A stretch of DNA of 64,000 nt from Raillietiella orientalis. Its lineage: Eukaryota. The position numbers were made by a program, and so were the translations under genes. The stretch covers positions 1,922,001 to 1,986,000 of the forward strand of contig JAYWIR010000037.1 of assembly GCA_036172245.1 (NCBI GenBank). The letters are read 5' to 3'. Numbering within the stretch: the first letter of the stretch is position 1; each line of letters begins with the position of its first letter. Shown here in pieces: positions 24,090-36,500 of this stretch. Under the pieces are notes generated by a model, which did no database searches, was not told the DNA's origin, and was given only the letters and a program-made list of their open reading frames with translations.

Positions 24090-25800
24090 AGGTTAAAGTT
24101 GATGAAGGGCATAATTCAAGAGTGACAAATGCAGGTCAAGCTGCCGAGAGGAAAGTTGATCATCGTCCCCTGGAAACACTTCAGTGTTCACGTTTCCGGT
24201 ACTGGAATAGTACTCTCCGTCTTGAATCTGGGTGTACTCGAAATCAACCTTGCTGGTTAGAATGGTTTGGGTTAGCAAGCGGCTTCCATTGCTAGGGAAA
24301 GGACGTTGAGCAACCAAATTATCGTGCAAAACAGAAAGGGAGTGAGGAAAGAAGTTTTCTTTTTTTCGAGAGTTTTGGTGAGGTAATTTTAAAACTCCAC
24401 GCTTCCGTCTTCCGCACTTAGGATTTTTTTCCTGTAATAGAAATTCTCGACACATCTGTTCCTTTTCTTGCTGTAAGGTTTCAGCAGAAGTGATCACCTC
24501 ACCTCCATCTTGCTTTCCACCACAGCATCCCATCCTTCGACCTTGTTTCAATTATTGGAAAGAAGAGAGATATCTCTCAGAGACCCTGTAGTATTGCGCA
24601 TTGCGGCCAGAATAATTCTTTTTCTTAATAAGTCTCCCTCTCAGAAGCTTCATGGAGTTTTCAGCTGCTTTGGATTAGTGTCATGAATCTGTTATCCGAT
24701 GCCCGCTTTGCGACAACCTCTGCTCTTGTCAGGTTGTGGATTACCGGCCGCTCTCAGTTTTCTGCAACTTTCTATGAGTTCCTAATCATTGGCTAACGAA
24801 GAATTCTCTTCTTGCTTTTATCAGGCCACGTACTGAAGTACTTCCTAAAAGCTTTGTTCTCCCTTGAAGTTCATATGATTTGGAATTGGAAGTTATATTC
24901 CGGTACTGTTTCTATGCAGCTCGTCCAGGTCTCTACACCGATATCACCGAGAAAGGAGATTCGAGTACCAAGAATGTTGACTGAGAAGACAACGGTTTTG
25001 AGGTTCCGAAGCAAAATACCGCGCAGGCTGCACGATTGCTGTCTGCCACGATTCTGTTCCTTTTAGTCCTTGAGCTTTTCAAAGATCAGAGACAGTGGAG
25101 AAAGTCCTCAGGCTCTCTTTTCCCTCCGTTTTCTCGGACGCAAGATCGCATGAGTGGTGAACTGACGACTCCTTGAGCATCAGCAATCCAGCCAGCTCTT
25201 CGTCTCCATGGATGGCCAGGCACAACGGCAGGGGATGGCGTGCGACTTGTTGTCCTGGACCTCTATCCCGATCAATGGGGTCACTTCCTCTACCGGATAC
25301 TTCCCGAAAGCGATCCGCTACACAGGCGCTGTAACCATCACGTGCCTTGCTGTTCCTGAGCAGCAGTCGCCGTTGACTGAGAAAGGGAACTGCAGGCCGC
25401 TGTGCTTCGACAGAGACTTTGGCTCGTACTGCATGTTCCCCATCTTCCAGACATACTGATAGTTCGACGGTTGCATGTCGGGATGCACAGAATTCAGCAC
25501 AGCACGACGATGCACAACAACTCTCTCAAAATACAATGAAATCTCATGATCATTCTTCGCCTCTGTTTGTTTACTCCAGGGACCCATGCCCTTTGAAGAG
25601 TGGAAACTATTTTGAATGACCTGCATCGCCTACATCTTGGCAAGCTCCACGCTTTCCTTGTTCGAAGATACAAAATCAAGGGGATGCTCACCTTTTGCAT
25701 CAGAGTATGTGTGATCCTGTTTTCTCATTCCTCCCGTTGTTGTATGCTGAAATTTACCTCCGGTTTTCATGAGGTTCCTAGGGCTTCTCCAGAAAACCAG
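24090..25800 (-). mobile_element. L1/Tx1-like relics (zf-RVT-like 3' part ~25200-25800; endonuclease-RT linker ~24090-25100)
   Basis: YVWKMG...QFPF...TARHVMV; KQDGGEVITSAETLQQE..FLL; FPGDDDQLS (SPG.DG-like). Confidence 0.45.
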
Positions 25801-27299
25801 AACTCCAATGAATTCAGTGTGTGTAAACATGATGATTGTTCATGAGGGAATGCGTTTTCCGTTTTTCACCAGGAGAACTTTGTAGTTCCGGTAACCTAGG
25901 CAACGGCCTGAAAAGAATTCGCGTTCAATGTGCCAAGTGTTTTTCTTAGTGACCTTCATCCCCGGATCTGGGGTCATCTTGCTAATCAAATGCTTGCCAG
26001 GCTAGCTCAATGAAGATAGAGCACCAGAAACAGAAAACACTTCTTGGAAATGCTATCCTATCCTATACAATGGCATTTGCAAGTTCCAAAATCGCGCTCA
26101 CAGGACGTTGAACCACACGTCTCTAGAGGCAATGAGTGCCTTGCGATCTTGCGTTCTTGGTTCTGGATGACTGTCATCGCCTACACGCTAGATTTCACGC
26201 TAGCTAAACGGAAGGCACTCGCACAATGTCATCATCAAAGACATACTGTTCGGAAAGGGACAGAGTGTTGGCGGAACTCCTTGTGAGCCATAGTCGAATG
26301 CATGAGAAGCTCCCAATACTTGGTCAAAAAGTGAAAGTGCAATTCTCTAGAAGAATCATGCAATGAACCCTCTCTTTGTAGAACAAGAAAGAAAAAAGGA
26401 AGGAACTGAAAGTGAAAACCTAAATACCTCGTTCCAGCCTTTCTCGGAAAGAGCATCGAGTTCACCCCGTAAAAAATGTTCCTGGACAAAACCTCCTTCT
26501 GCAGGAAATTTTTACATCTGCTTTGCAATTTTTTTTTTTACTTGGCATAATAACCGCATTTGAGCCGTGCAGTGCGATAGATAGTTTTTTCGAGTTACCA
26601 GAGAGTCCTCTGGCGAGAGGAACAACAGGACTTGACGGCAGCTTTTGTGTTCTTTGAAGAAGAATCTGCACTTCTGACCTTAGCTCACTGCTTCAATTTA
26701 TCGTGAACGCGTCAACCCCCCCAAACATTATGCACCTCTTATCAAATCTTTCTCTCGAGAATAAATACGAGCAACAGAACGAAGGCATATACAGCACACC
26801 ACGGAGGGCATGAACACTCCTGAAAGCAGCACATTCACATTTTGAGACCTTTCTTAGGCCACTATATGAAAGCTCCTGAGGTGCAGGACACACTCTCTTG
26901 AGATATCATAGCATCTTCACAGGTCAACAACCAAAGTCTGAAGCTTCCTAGAGAATTCCCATGCGTTCATCTACATCAACTTTGTAATGAAGAGAAGAAT
27001 AAAATCGACGAAAATAAATCGTAGATCAGAGGCATCCTAAATATCCACTTCCGAACAGATCAAATGAAGCTAAGAAGTTTTTCCTTTTTTTTTCGCTGAA
27101 TAGCATTGAAATACATTGGAATTTCTAAAAAAGAAAAAACGTGCCTCGAAAAAAAAAAAAACTGGAAGCGCCAAACAGAACACTTCTTTTTTAAAATGTC
27201 TATTACCATCCCATAGTTACTACTTTTCAACCTTTTTCCATTTAAAGTTACTCCAGGCATTCTCCGTCAACTCGGAATTTAGCATTTGGGATGGAATTT

Positions 27300-28067
27300 C
27301 GGCTGGCATGCTCACGGGTCCAGGGAGACAGAATCGTCTTCAGCGCTAGGTGGAAAAACTCGACAAGAATCGACACATTCAGTAAAATGTCTGTTATTTG
27401 AGGAGAAATTTCGAGTGTTTATTTGTAATAAAAATTGCAGCTTATCTCCGAGAGATTACAACATCGCAAAGCACTCGCTTCTGATCGATGCACGCCTTCA
27501 AAGTGATGCCATCAACTCGTTTCTATGAAACGCAGATCGGTCTCATTTTGGAATATGCGATCTGTGAACCACTTCGGGATGGCATCTGTGCTTACTTGAG
27601 ATGCACAAAGAGAGTTCTGCACAAATGGGGACCGCTGCTGCGTTGGCACGCTATCGGAGGCTCGATGCAAATCAATTTATGGGAGTAGAACAACAAATCG
27701 TTCGTTCCCAGTATTGGGAACTTCAGGGTTTTGTCAATGAGCGAGTCAGTCTTTAGCATAAGAATGGAAGATAAGGTATTCTAGTACTCCCCTATTACCC
27801 ACAATGGGAACCAGAATGTGCAGACTTCCTTCAGTTTCTACGACGAAGCGTTTTTAGGCTGGACGCTGGTTCGAACCACAGCAATGCGTTGCATGCCAAA
27901 ATTCCTCAGCCAGTTCGGAGCAGATTGCCTTCTGAAAGATGCTCAACAGTTAGTTTGCAATCATAACAGCTTCTACGTCCACAACCGAGAGTTTGCATTC
28001 CTATGAAATGCTAAAGAACTAATGACTCCACAGATGTCTACCAGAAAAAAAAAAAAAAAAAAAAAAA
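27300..28067 (+). mobile_element. CR1/L2-like LINE 3' fragment followed by a poly(A) run
   Basis: FYETQIGLILEYA (LY...RP.LEYA-like), decayed NRV..WN-like motif near 27985, A-run 28044-28067. Confidence 0.5.
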
Positions 28068-28779
28068 TGAATGTGGCAAAGGTTTCTTTCTTTACGTAAA
28101 GGAAACTTGGTGGGAAGCTGAAGATGCTCTTCAGCTTCCCCTATCGCTTGCTATTTCTCATTCGGAAACAGAATGAATCGCGTGTGATGAAGTGGCAACT
28201 CAATGTGACGATAACGAATCGGATATCCATGGAAACTTATGATGGTTCCAGCCATGTTTACAAGTGCAAACGGTGGTCCAGAAAATGGAAAATTTCAAAT
28301 GAGACACATAATTTCGCAATCATTGCATGGTCCTGTTTCTAAGCAGCTTGATGATTCTTGTCTGCGTCAACCCTGGATTTCAAATGGCAGAGCCCAAGTG
28401 CATTTTTGTTAGAGCTGTCGGCTTGAGTTTGGGACAGTGAAGGTGTGCATGGAAAACTGTAGAGAACCGTATTTGCTCCATCGTTGCAATCAATTGATAA
28501 TCAATCAAAATGATTGTAGCATCGGCTAGATGCGTGAAATTGGCTTCTGCGGCCAACGGGCAGTGCAGAAATGGACTTGCCAGAACATGGTTCAGGAAGC
28601 AGAATAACCGTGGAACCAATAGGAGAGCAATCTAAGATACGTAGTTACCAATTGTATGAAAAGGAAAATGTTCCCGAAAAAACTCCTGAACTGCCTTAAG
28701 GAAATGACATCTCGTACGCAGACTGAAAAGTGAAAAACTCGAATTATCACATGATCATAATAGTCTGAGGACCCTTAAA

Positions 28780-29640
28780 ATGGAATGAAATCAACGACTT
28801 GACCTTTTCTGCTATGAAAAGTACAAAAGCTGCTGTCGCAAGAGAGAGAACCAGTCTTCCACCACTTCGGATGTCGCAGAGAATTACGCTTTAGACTTCC
28901 TAGATCCCCACTGTCAATCATTCCAGCTTCCAGTAGTTTCTTATCCGAGATAGATTTTTCCATGTCCTGAAAGTACTGAAACTCGTTGCACACAGAGGTC
29001 AACCATCCAGAAAACTCATGAGTCTTCTGTTGCTACCGAAATCTGCTTTTGGAACATCATTTCCGAGAATGCTCACGTCAGTGTTTTGGGGTGGGCGGGG
29101 GGCAGAATGATGATTATAGCTGCAAAAGGTGTGTTGTTGCTTAGCAAACTCGAAAAAAAAAATGCTCGAGAATGCTTTCTTCATGATGGTCCATTTATTA
29201 CTCTGAAGACTGTTCCTGCATCAAAGGTGTCGAGTTTTCTATGTTTAGAAATGGAAATGAATTCTCCTGAGTTTGAAGCAGCATGGCTCCATGGATAAAC
29301 ACGGGTGCCCACGAGCTGCACATACGATAGCAGGAGCGGAAAAGAGTGTGATCCCGGCGTTTCAGCTCTGTCAAACCTCCTCTTGCAAACTCCTCTTGCA
29401 ATTTGAGGAGCAATTCCGCCACCCTTGACGAGCGAGGAAGTTTGCATAAGGTTAGCAATTAGGGAGGCTGCTGCGGGAAACATTAGTCGTCCAATTTTCA
29501 GTATCCCTGAAATAGGTTATGTGACTATCATAGGGCTCTCCGAATCGTTGCAGCTTTCCACAATCATTCCAAGCAATCCTCTCTATCAGTATTCCGTCCA
29601 GAACCCTTCAGCCACAATGACGCCTTTCCTTCTTTGCGCA
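28780..29640 (-). mobile_element. Decayed LINE APE endonuclease
   Basis: KGGGIA and VGTRVYPW motifs in order. Confidence 0.45.
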
Positions 29641-30318
29641 TTCGGCCATCACTCTTTAGTTCCATTAGTTTTAGAAAGTCAGCAAGAATCTTGTGAGTGC
29701 AGTTTTGAAGCGAAAACTAAAATAACTAAGCACTTTTTCAAGCAATGCAAATGAAAATGGCGTTCCTACTAAGAAAATCTCGCTTTCAGCTAATAGTGTG
29801 GGGGTATTCCTATTTGTACCAATTTGTTTCTCCTTGCATCAGAAGATTAGTTACATTCTGAAATGTTCCCCGTTCTCACATTCCGGCTTCTGAGATTAAC
29901 AAAAAAAAAAAAAAATTGCAGCATTTCACAGTTTGTTGGCGAATCATCTGTCGTCGTCAAGTGCTTGTTGCTGTGGTCACCCGAGCCAGAAAGCATTTGA
30001 AGTATTTTAGATGCCGGGCGAGTTTTTGACTTATTCCTCTATGAAACCTATTTTCTTCGAGGCGCGGTTAACACGCAAGATATGTCTGGAACCTCATGTG
30101 TTTCATTTATTGGATTCCTTTCAGAACTTTTGGGTTCAAAAAAATGAATTCTGGATGGCTGTGTACTTGAAGAGCTATTCTCCGGAGAACATCCTCACGG
30201 TTTCCAAACGGAATAAACCACACGCTTTACCCATGACCGGAAGACACGAATATTCTTAAGACTATAAGGTACCCAAGCAGCCGCTTCATTCTTTTCTTGA
30301 AAGGAATGCAAGGGTCCC

Positions 30319-30540
30319 TTAAGAACAGAGCTTCTTCCTCTCGTGTTCTCTTGAAAGCAAGAAGTCAACTGATTGCTTCTGAGGTCGCAGACCATACGTT
30401 GCAGCAAAACTGCCGATGTGCCGTGGAAAACGTGAGAGCCTCGACGTGCACATCGCTTCTGGCCGAAGGGAGTCACAAACCTCAGCTTTACGTAAGAAGC
30501 ATTGACACTTCAACGAATCCAACATTTTCGACAACTGCAC
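30319..30540 (-). CDS. Gene B putative terminal exon: cytoplasmic tail ([12 protein letters not shown]...KKLCS*)
   Basis: gctgacttag acceptor 192 nt after the M4 donor, phase 0, 73 open codons then TAA. Confidence 0.65.
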   Translation of the reverse strand: MQLSKMLDSLKCQCFLRKAEVCDSLRPEAMCTSRLSRFPRHIGSFAATYGLRPQKQSVDFLLSREHERKKLCS

Positions 30541-33500
30541 CTAAGTCAGCAAAAGGTGTAATTATTCAAAGCAGGACTTGGCTCCGAAAACTTGCAGTTT
30601 CGACAAGTATCTTAAAAGCTGTAACTATAAGGAATGGGTTTCCGATTTTTCACGCAAGAGTATGTGCCAAATCTGGCTTTAAAATTGAAGCATTTTTTTT
30701 TTTTTTTTTTCAAATAAAAATAAACTCTTTACCTTTTCCTGCTTTTTGGAATGCCAGAAAAATTCACACACAGCAATTATGAAGGCAATCGTCAAGCCAG
30801 CTACAAGAACGATGAAAATTCCTCCTGAAATTACATGCTTTAATTCAAGAGAGCTGGTTTTCAATAGCTGTGATTTCAATACTGTCTGTCCTTTTGTACT
30901 TTGGCTGATTTTTCACGACATTTTTTCCCTGACCAGGAAGAAATTGAAAATGAATGCTGTATGCCTAGCAAAAGGGTGTCAAAAATTGAAAATGCCTTTC
31001 GAGTTATAGGCTAAAGCAAATGGCAAACTCGAATACACGACTGTCCTCGTCACCAAACGAATTCTAGGACAAAATGCAAGCAGTAGGGCTGGGAAAGGCA
31101 CCGTCAGAGTAGGAACAAAGGTTGGTGAGGACACTGGACACTCCTGAAGTCTCAGCTGTTCTTTGAAAGCGCTACAGCACGTCGGGCAACCACTACTGCT
31201 AAACCGGCAAGAAGACGCTGCTAAAAAGGAGAGGAATAATCTATTCCCTGAATCCAATGCACCATTGGATTTTCGTAGATCAGCGTTACACTTGTAAATT
31301 CGAACTGCACATGAAATCATCTGCTCGCTGATTTATTTCCAGAATTGTTTCTTTTGGGGACTCCAGAGCGTCTGTGTGAAAGAAGAAAAGTGGTTAACTG
31401 AGGAAGGAATATGAAGTACGACTCCTTCGAAACGTCAGAAGCATTTCTGAAATGATGCTGAGAATGCAGTGTCACTGATTCTTCGTCGAGAGATTTAAGA
31501 ACTCTACCCCGATCCTACACATAGTGAGTTGCGTAGGAGTCTCTTCTTCGGTCCGGCGTCATTCGATTTTGATGCTCATCGCGAAAGCTTCCGTCTTGGA
31601 AGTTTCAGACCGTCGGATTCATAAAGAATAATTCTTGAGGAATAATTCAGGTAAGGTACAAGAACCAACTTAAACTGTTCAGTTTCCGAACTGAAGATTC
31701 GTTTATTGCCTTCTTGCGTGGGAAAGCTTGAGGGGAATACGAAGCTGCTATTTGGTCTTTCAGTCTGAGGCTATTCCGCTTTTCGCCAGAAAAGAAATAC
31801 GTTGAAAAAAAAAAAAAAAAAAAAAGTCATGGAAATAAACAATCTGATCAAAGGACAGAAGTACTGATATCAATTTCTCTCTGTCTGTCGTTGATATCCA
31901 AGGATACTTGGAGTGGATTTTCAACCGACAGCAGTAGTATCTATAAGTGCAAGTACTTACCAATGTTTTCATTCCCTAAAGCACTGGCGACATGATGCTT
32001 GCTCTTGTCTTCTCGGTGACAAATGCTGCCAGTATTCTTCCACCATTTATTATACAACATCTGTATAACTCCTTTTTCTTGCAATTTCAAGATTGCCAAC
32101 GATATTTTCTCATTCCATGGTGATCCTTCGAAAAATGATAACGAAAACAGGCATTACTTTCTGGTGAAACTTTCAAAACGCCGGCAGAAGCATCTAAATG
32201 CTTTTCGATGGATTCAAATTCGAATCCCGGAAAGTTACAGACTCATCCAGCAACTGGGGAGTGTCAACTGGTGTAGCTGACACTTATCAGCTGATGGAAA
32301 ATTGGTCATGCAATACCGCATCTAAGCAATTTAACATTGCGAAAGCATTAGAGATGTAGGAGACGCAACCCTGGGGATCAGAACAGAAAGACGGACATTG
32401 CATGAATTAGTAATCATTATCGCGGTAGATCGCAATCATTTCCTTCGCCAATTAAGTGTGAAGAATAGTAGCCAATGACAGCGACTTTTTGAACTCATTT
32501 CTTGAGAAGAAATTGCTGCGTCCGGAACGCAATGCAGTAATCTCTAGAGACTTGTGTTCTCTCCTGAACTTCATTTATCCGGAATCGGTTAACGGAAGGC
32601 ATATTTTGAGCATGAGATGAGCTTACCTCAAAATCCGAATCACAAAAATTGCGCCTTGGGGAAGCTGCAACACGGACACAACTCCCTCAAAAGATGAATG
32701 CATTCTCAAGCGGCACTTCAAACTTTCGAATCACGCCAGCATTAGTTAGGCATTTGTCATGATTGCAACTCATCGAATTATGATGGCTGATTGAAATTGT
32801 ATAAGGAACCAGTGGGAAAAATTTCAAAGTCCAGCATGTAAGAGCTTTGGAATGCTGATGTGACGTAATGTCTGCGGTTTGGAATCTTGAGAAGCAGAAT
32901 TCTGGATCCGACTTGCAGCCGGAAAACAAGCAGTAAGGATAATCGGAGTATTCAATGAAGTGGTGAGGTAATTAAAGGTAGCAAAGGTACCTTTAATTCT
33001 CACATCTTTCTATCAATCATATTCCCCTCCCTACACATCCTTTACCTCCCTAACCGTCAAATCAATCTGAACATACGAATATTCAGCCCTACCGCTTTTT
33101 ACAGGGTCGGTGATGTTGGGGAATCTTCATAATTGGAACATCATAAATATTACAAGTTATGTATGCACTTATGATGAGCAGAAGAGTAAAAAAATACCGT
33201 GCAAGAACTCTTCGAACGAATCCGTTTCAAGTGGCACACGAAAATATACGAAACCAATTCAAGACGGCTGAATTTAGCAAAAGGCTGAGTTCTGCCTTCA
33301 TGTCGGTCGGATTCAGATTCAGGGAGGTTGAGAGAGCATGCCGTTGTATACCGTTTTCAATCTGATCTCTACGAGAGAAGAAAAAAAAAAAAAAAAAAAA
33401 AAAAAGGCCATTTTCCGCTCATGCTCAGCTTCTGAAGCATTTCTGTTTTACACCACGGACTTCGTTTCCGTCTTTGTTCATTCCCAAGGTGAAATTTTCT

Positions 33501-36500
33501 GTTTTGTGTGTTCCGTACGCTTGCTGTACTGCAAATTTCCTACCATGAATTGCGCGACCGAAGGCAGGAATGCTCGCCTGTTTCTACGAGGAATTGGCTT
33601 CGAGTTTCGGACACGGAACTGACCGATTATGGATTTGAGGCGCTTGAAGTGCTTCGGATAAGAAATTGTGGCTCCCGGAAGAACTGGGAGCTTCCAGCTT
33701 CACGCGACACAGTGGATGGAGAGGCCGCTTATCGAATTCATTGATTAAGAAAACAAAATAAATAAATCGCATCTCGCACTGCTCAGCAAAGAATGAACAT
33801 CCGAGGGCTAGGAATCCGGTTGCCCGATCCAGAGAACAAGAAAGTTTGGGGAAAGGCGTGGGAGGATCAAGAAAAAAAGAAAAGAAAAGAAAAGTGATTT
33901 GAGCAAAGCCTTGCAGCTGTAGGATGCATGGATGGAAATTAGAATCGTCAACGCAAGAAGATCTGAAGACCGGAACAAGCTTTCCGGAAGTGAAACAGAA
34001 AGAATTTGTTTTGGCCGACATTTTTGCAGATGACTGAATCGGACTGAGAAAGAATTCAGAGGTTTCGAAAGTCAAACTCTGATACTTTCCCATCAGCATC
34101 TTGCTTGAACTTTTCGCTCATCAAAGGAAGCTGTGAATGTATTTGTTTCAGTTCAAAAAAGGAAGAAAGTCTACTTGCCTCTGGGAGTAGCGATCCCATA
34201 TTCTTTGGAATCCAGAAGGCCTCCAATTTGTGTGAGGTTGCAGTTCCTTTGCACAATGTACTCCAACATGGTGTTTTCCATGAAAAAAGCGTAGTTCCCC
34301 TTCAGGACTCTCTGTATCCCTTCTTCGTACGTGGAAACGAAGACCGAAGGTTTCCGATTCTCCATGACGTTCCACATCTTGCTGTAGATCTCGATTTTGG
34401 AGTCCTAAAACGGAATTTGATGCAACGAGTAGCAGCCGTGTCCAGCAGCAGTACTGCTTGCCGCTGGCAAAAAAACAGCACCCGGTTCCCGCATTCAGGA
34501 AGGTGCGCCAGCTGCAAACTTCCCAATGCGTTTTTTCCGAGCAGGAACTCGGGATGCACAGAACGCCTGCTCGGTCACAGAAGAATTGCCGATTTCGGAT
34601 GATTGGAAACGGTTAATGTGCTCTTTAGACGGGAGCGGGAAGATGTTTTTAAAAAGCACGTACGCACACGCAAAAAGTGTTCAATGCGACACACTTGGCA
34701 GCATGCTGATTCCTCTTTGGAGGGATAAGTGGTCAGTTCGGAAAGCCTCATTAGAGCTCTTCACGGGCCTGGGATCTCGAAGTGGAAACTACGTGTTTCT
34801 CGTGTGCCGGCTCCATCGGTTTCATCCTTTCACAGCGCATTGATTGAAAGAGTTGAAATTACCTATCTCGACCGAATCACAAATCAATGAATTCATCTCG
34901 GTTTACTGCTTTGATGATAGTAAGTGCTTTAATAGCTGATAAGTAGTGTTTCAAATACATGCCTGCCAGATATGTCTAGGTTTCATGCAGCATCCAAGCA
35001 GATGTTTACATGATTTTCGGTTTGAAAATATCCATCGATGTATTTAAAGTTTGCATAGGTATTAGTCATAAATGACGTTTTATACGAAGCGACTGCACAG
35101 GAATTGCACAGGAATCGAACAGGTTGTCGTTCCTTTTTCCAAGTACTTTTCATCTTCATTTCATTGCTGTGAAATCCAGTTTCGAATAAGTCAGGGACCG
35201 TGTTTTTAAGAGCGAACACCTCATCCCCCCAGAATAAAGCCTTTTCTTTGATTATACTTGAGATTGTTTATCTTTCATTCCTCAGGCAGCGTTCTACATA
35301 AGGTCATCACTTCATCTGAAAACCGGGTGGTCGATGTTAGGTGAGATGAAATGAAATGCTGTGGTTTAGGAATGATCTGTTCTTTGAGAATTGTTCGCAA
35401 ACACAGCATTGACGGAATCCTGATCGTGCCTTTTCACTGAAGCTGAACACGAAAATTAAGCAAGCTAACAGTCAAAGTGTCGCGCATTTAGATTCGAAGC
35501 TAAGCAGCTTCTAGACCAAGCTAAAAAAAAGTGCTCAGGGAGCAAACACGAGGAAGAAGCTGCTTCAAATTAAATCCGAGATGAAAGCAAGCTGGACTCG
35601 AGAAGACGGAATGATGCTTACAAGTGCACAATTGATTCCTGCTTGATTCATTTCAGAGAAGATCGAAACTGGATGAGATGCCGTTCCTTGCAGAATGAAC
35701 TCTAAATGAAAGGAATTGGGAACTTTTCCTTTCTGATTCTGTCACTGATTTCTCTTAGAGGATATGTCAAAATAGTTAAAACATTCTTTTCAAGAAAGAA
35801 CATTCGTTGCCATCCATAGAGGAGATACAAGAAATCACCATAAAAAGGGTTCCTGCAAGAAACCCACCAAACATCACATGGAGAAGAAAGAATCATTTGA
35901 AGAACGTTGTCTGCTGAGCAAAAACCACAGCAGAAGGCGGAGAAGAACCCCAAATTGATATCGGAGAAAGTGAGAAGCCGAATGAAACAGCTGCTGAGAG
36001 TGCAAAAATCACAAGAGTGACGACGAAGCAGAATTCATAGGACCAACTGAAGGCAGGTTAGAGGAATACTGTGAATATGAAGAATGGAAAGAATACAGGA
36101 TATTTCAAGTGGAAACAGGATCACGACCCGAGGAAATCAAAAAGGTTTGCCACGTTGCATTGTGAATACATGAGCAGCATCATATATCGAAAACATGACA
36201 CTACATCTCATTTTCGACTAGATTATTGTAAGGAGATGGCAATGAAAGAACTGAAGATTCCTGGATTAGCGGGAGCAATTAACCCTCGGGTCTCGTTAGT
36301 TGTGGTTAATCTGATTGGTCATCAGTTGTAGCTGTCTTATGCAGGACTACACACTATGACCAGCCAGACTTATCATGAAGTTCAAACTACTCAATAAGTT
36401 TGAAGTTGCTCAAATTTGTTCATCTACAGCAGTTGGGGGCAGAGTTGGTTGCAGCTGCAACAGTCAAGAGTAGCAGCAGCATTGCAGTGTTTTAGTTTGT

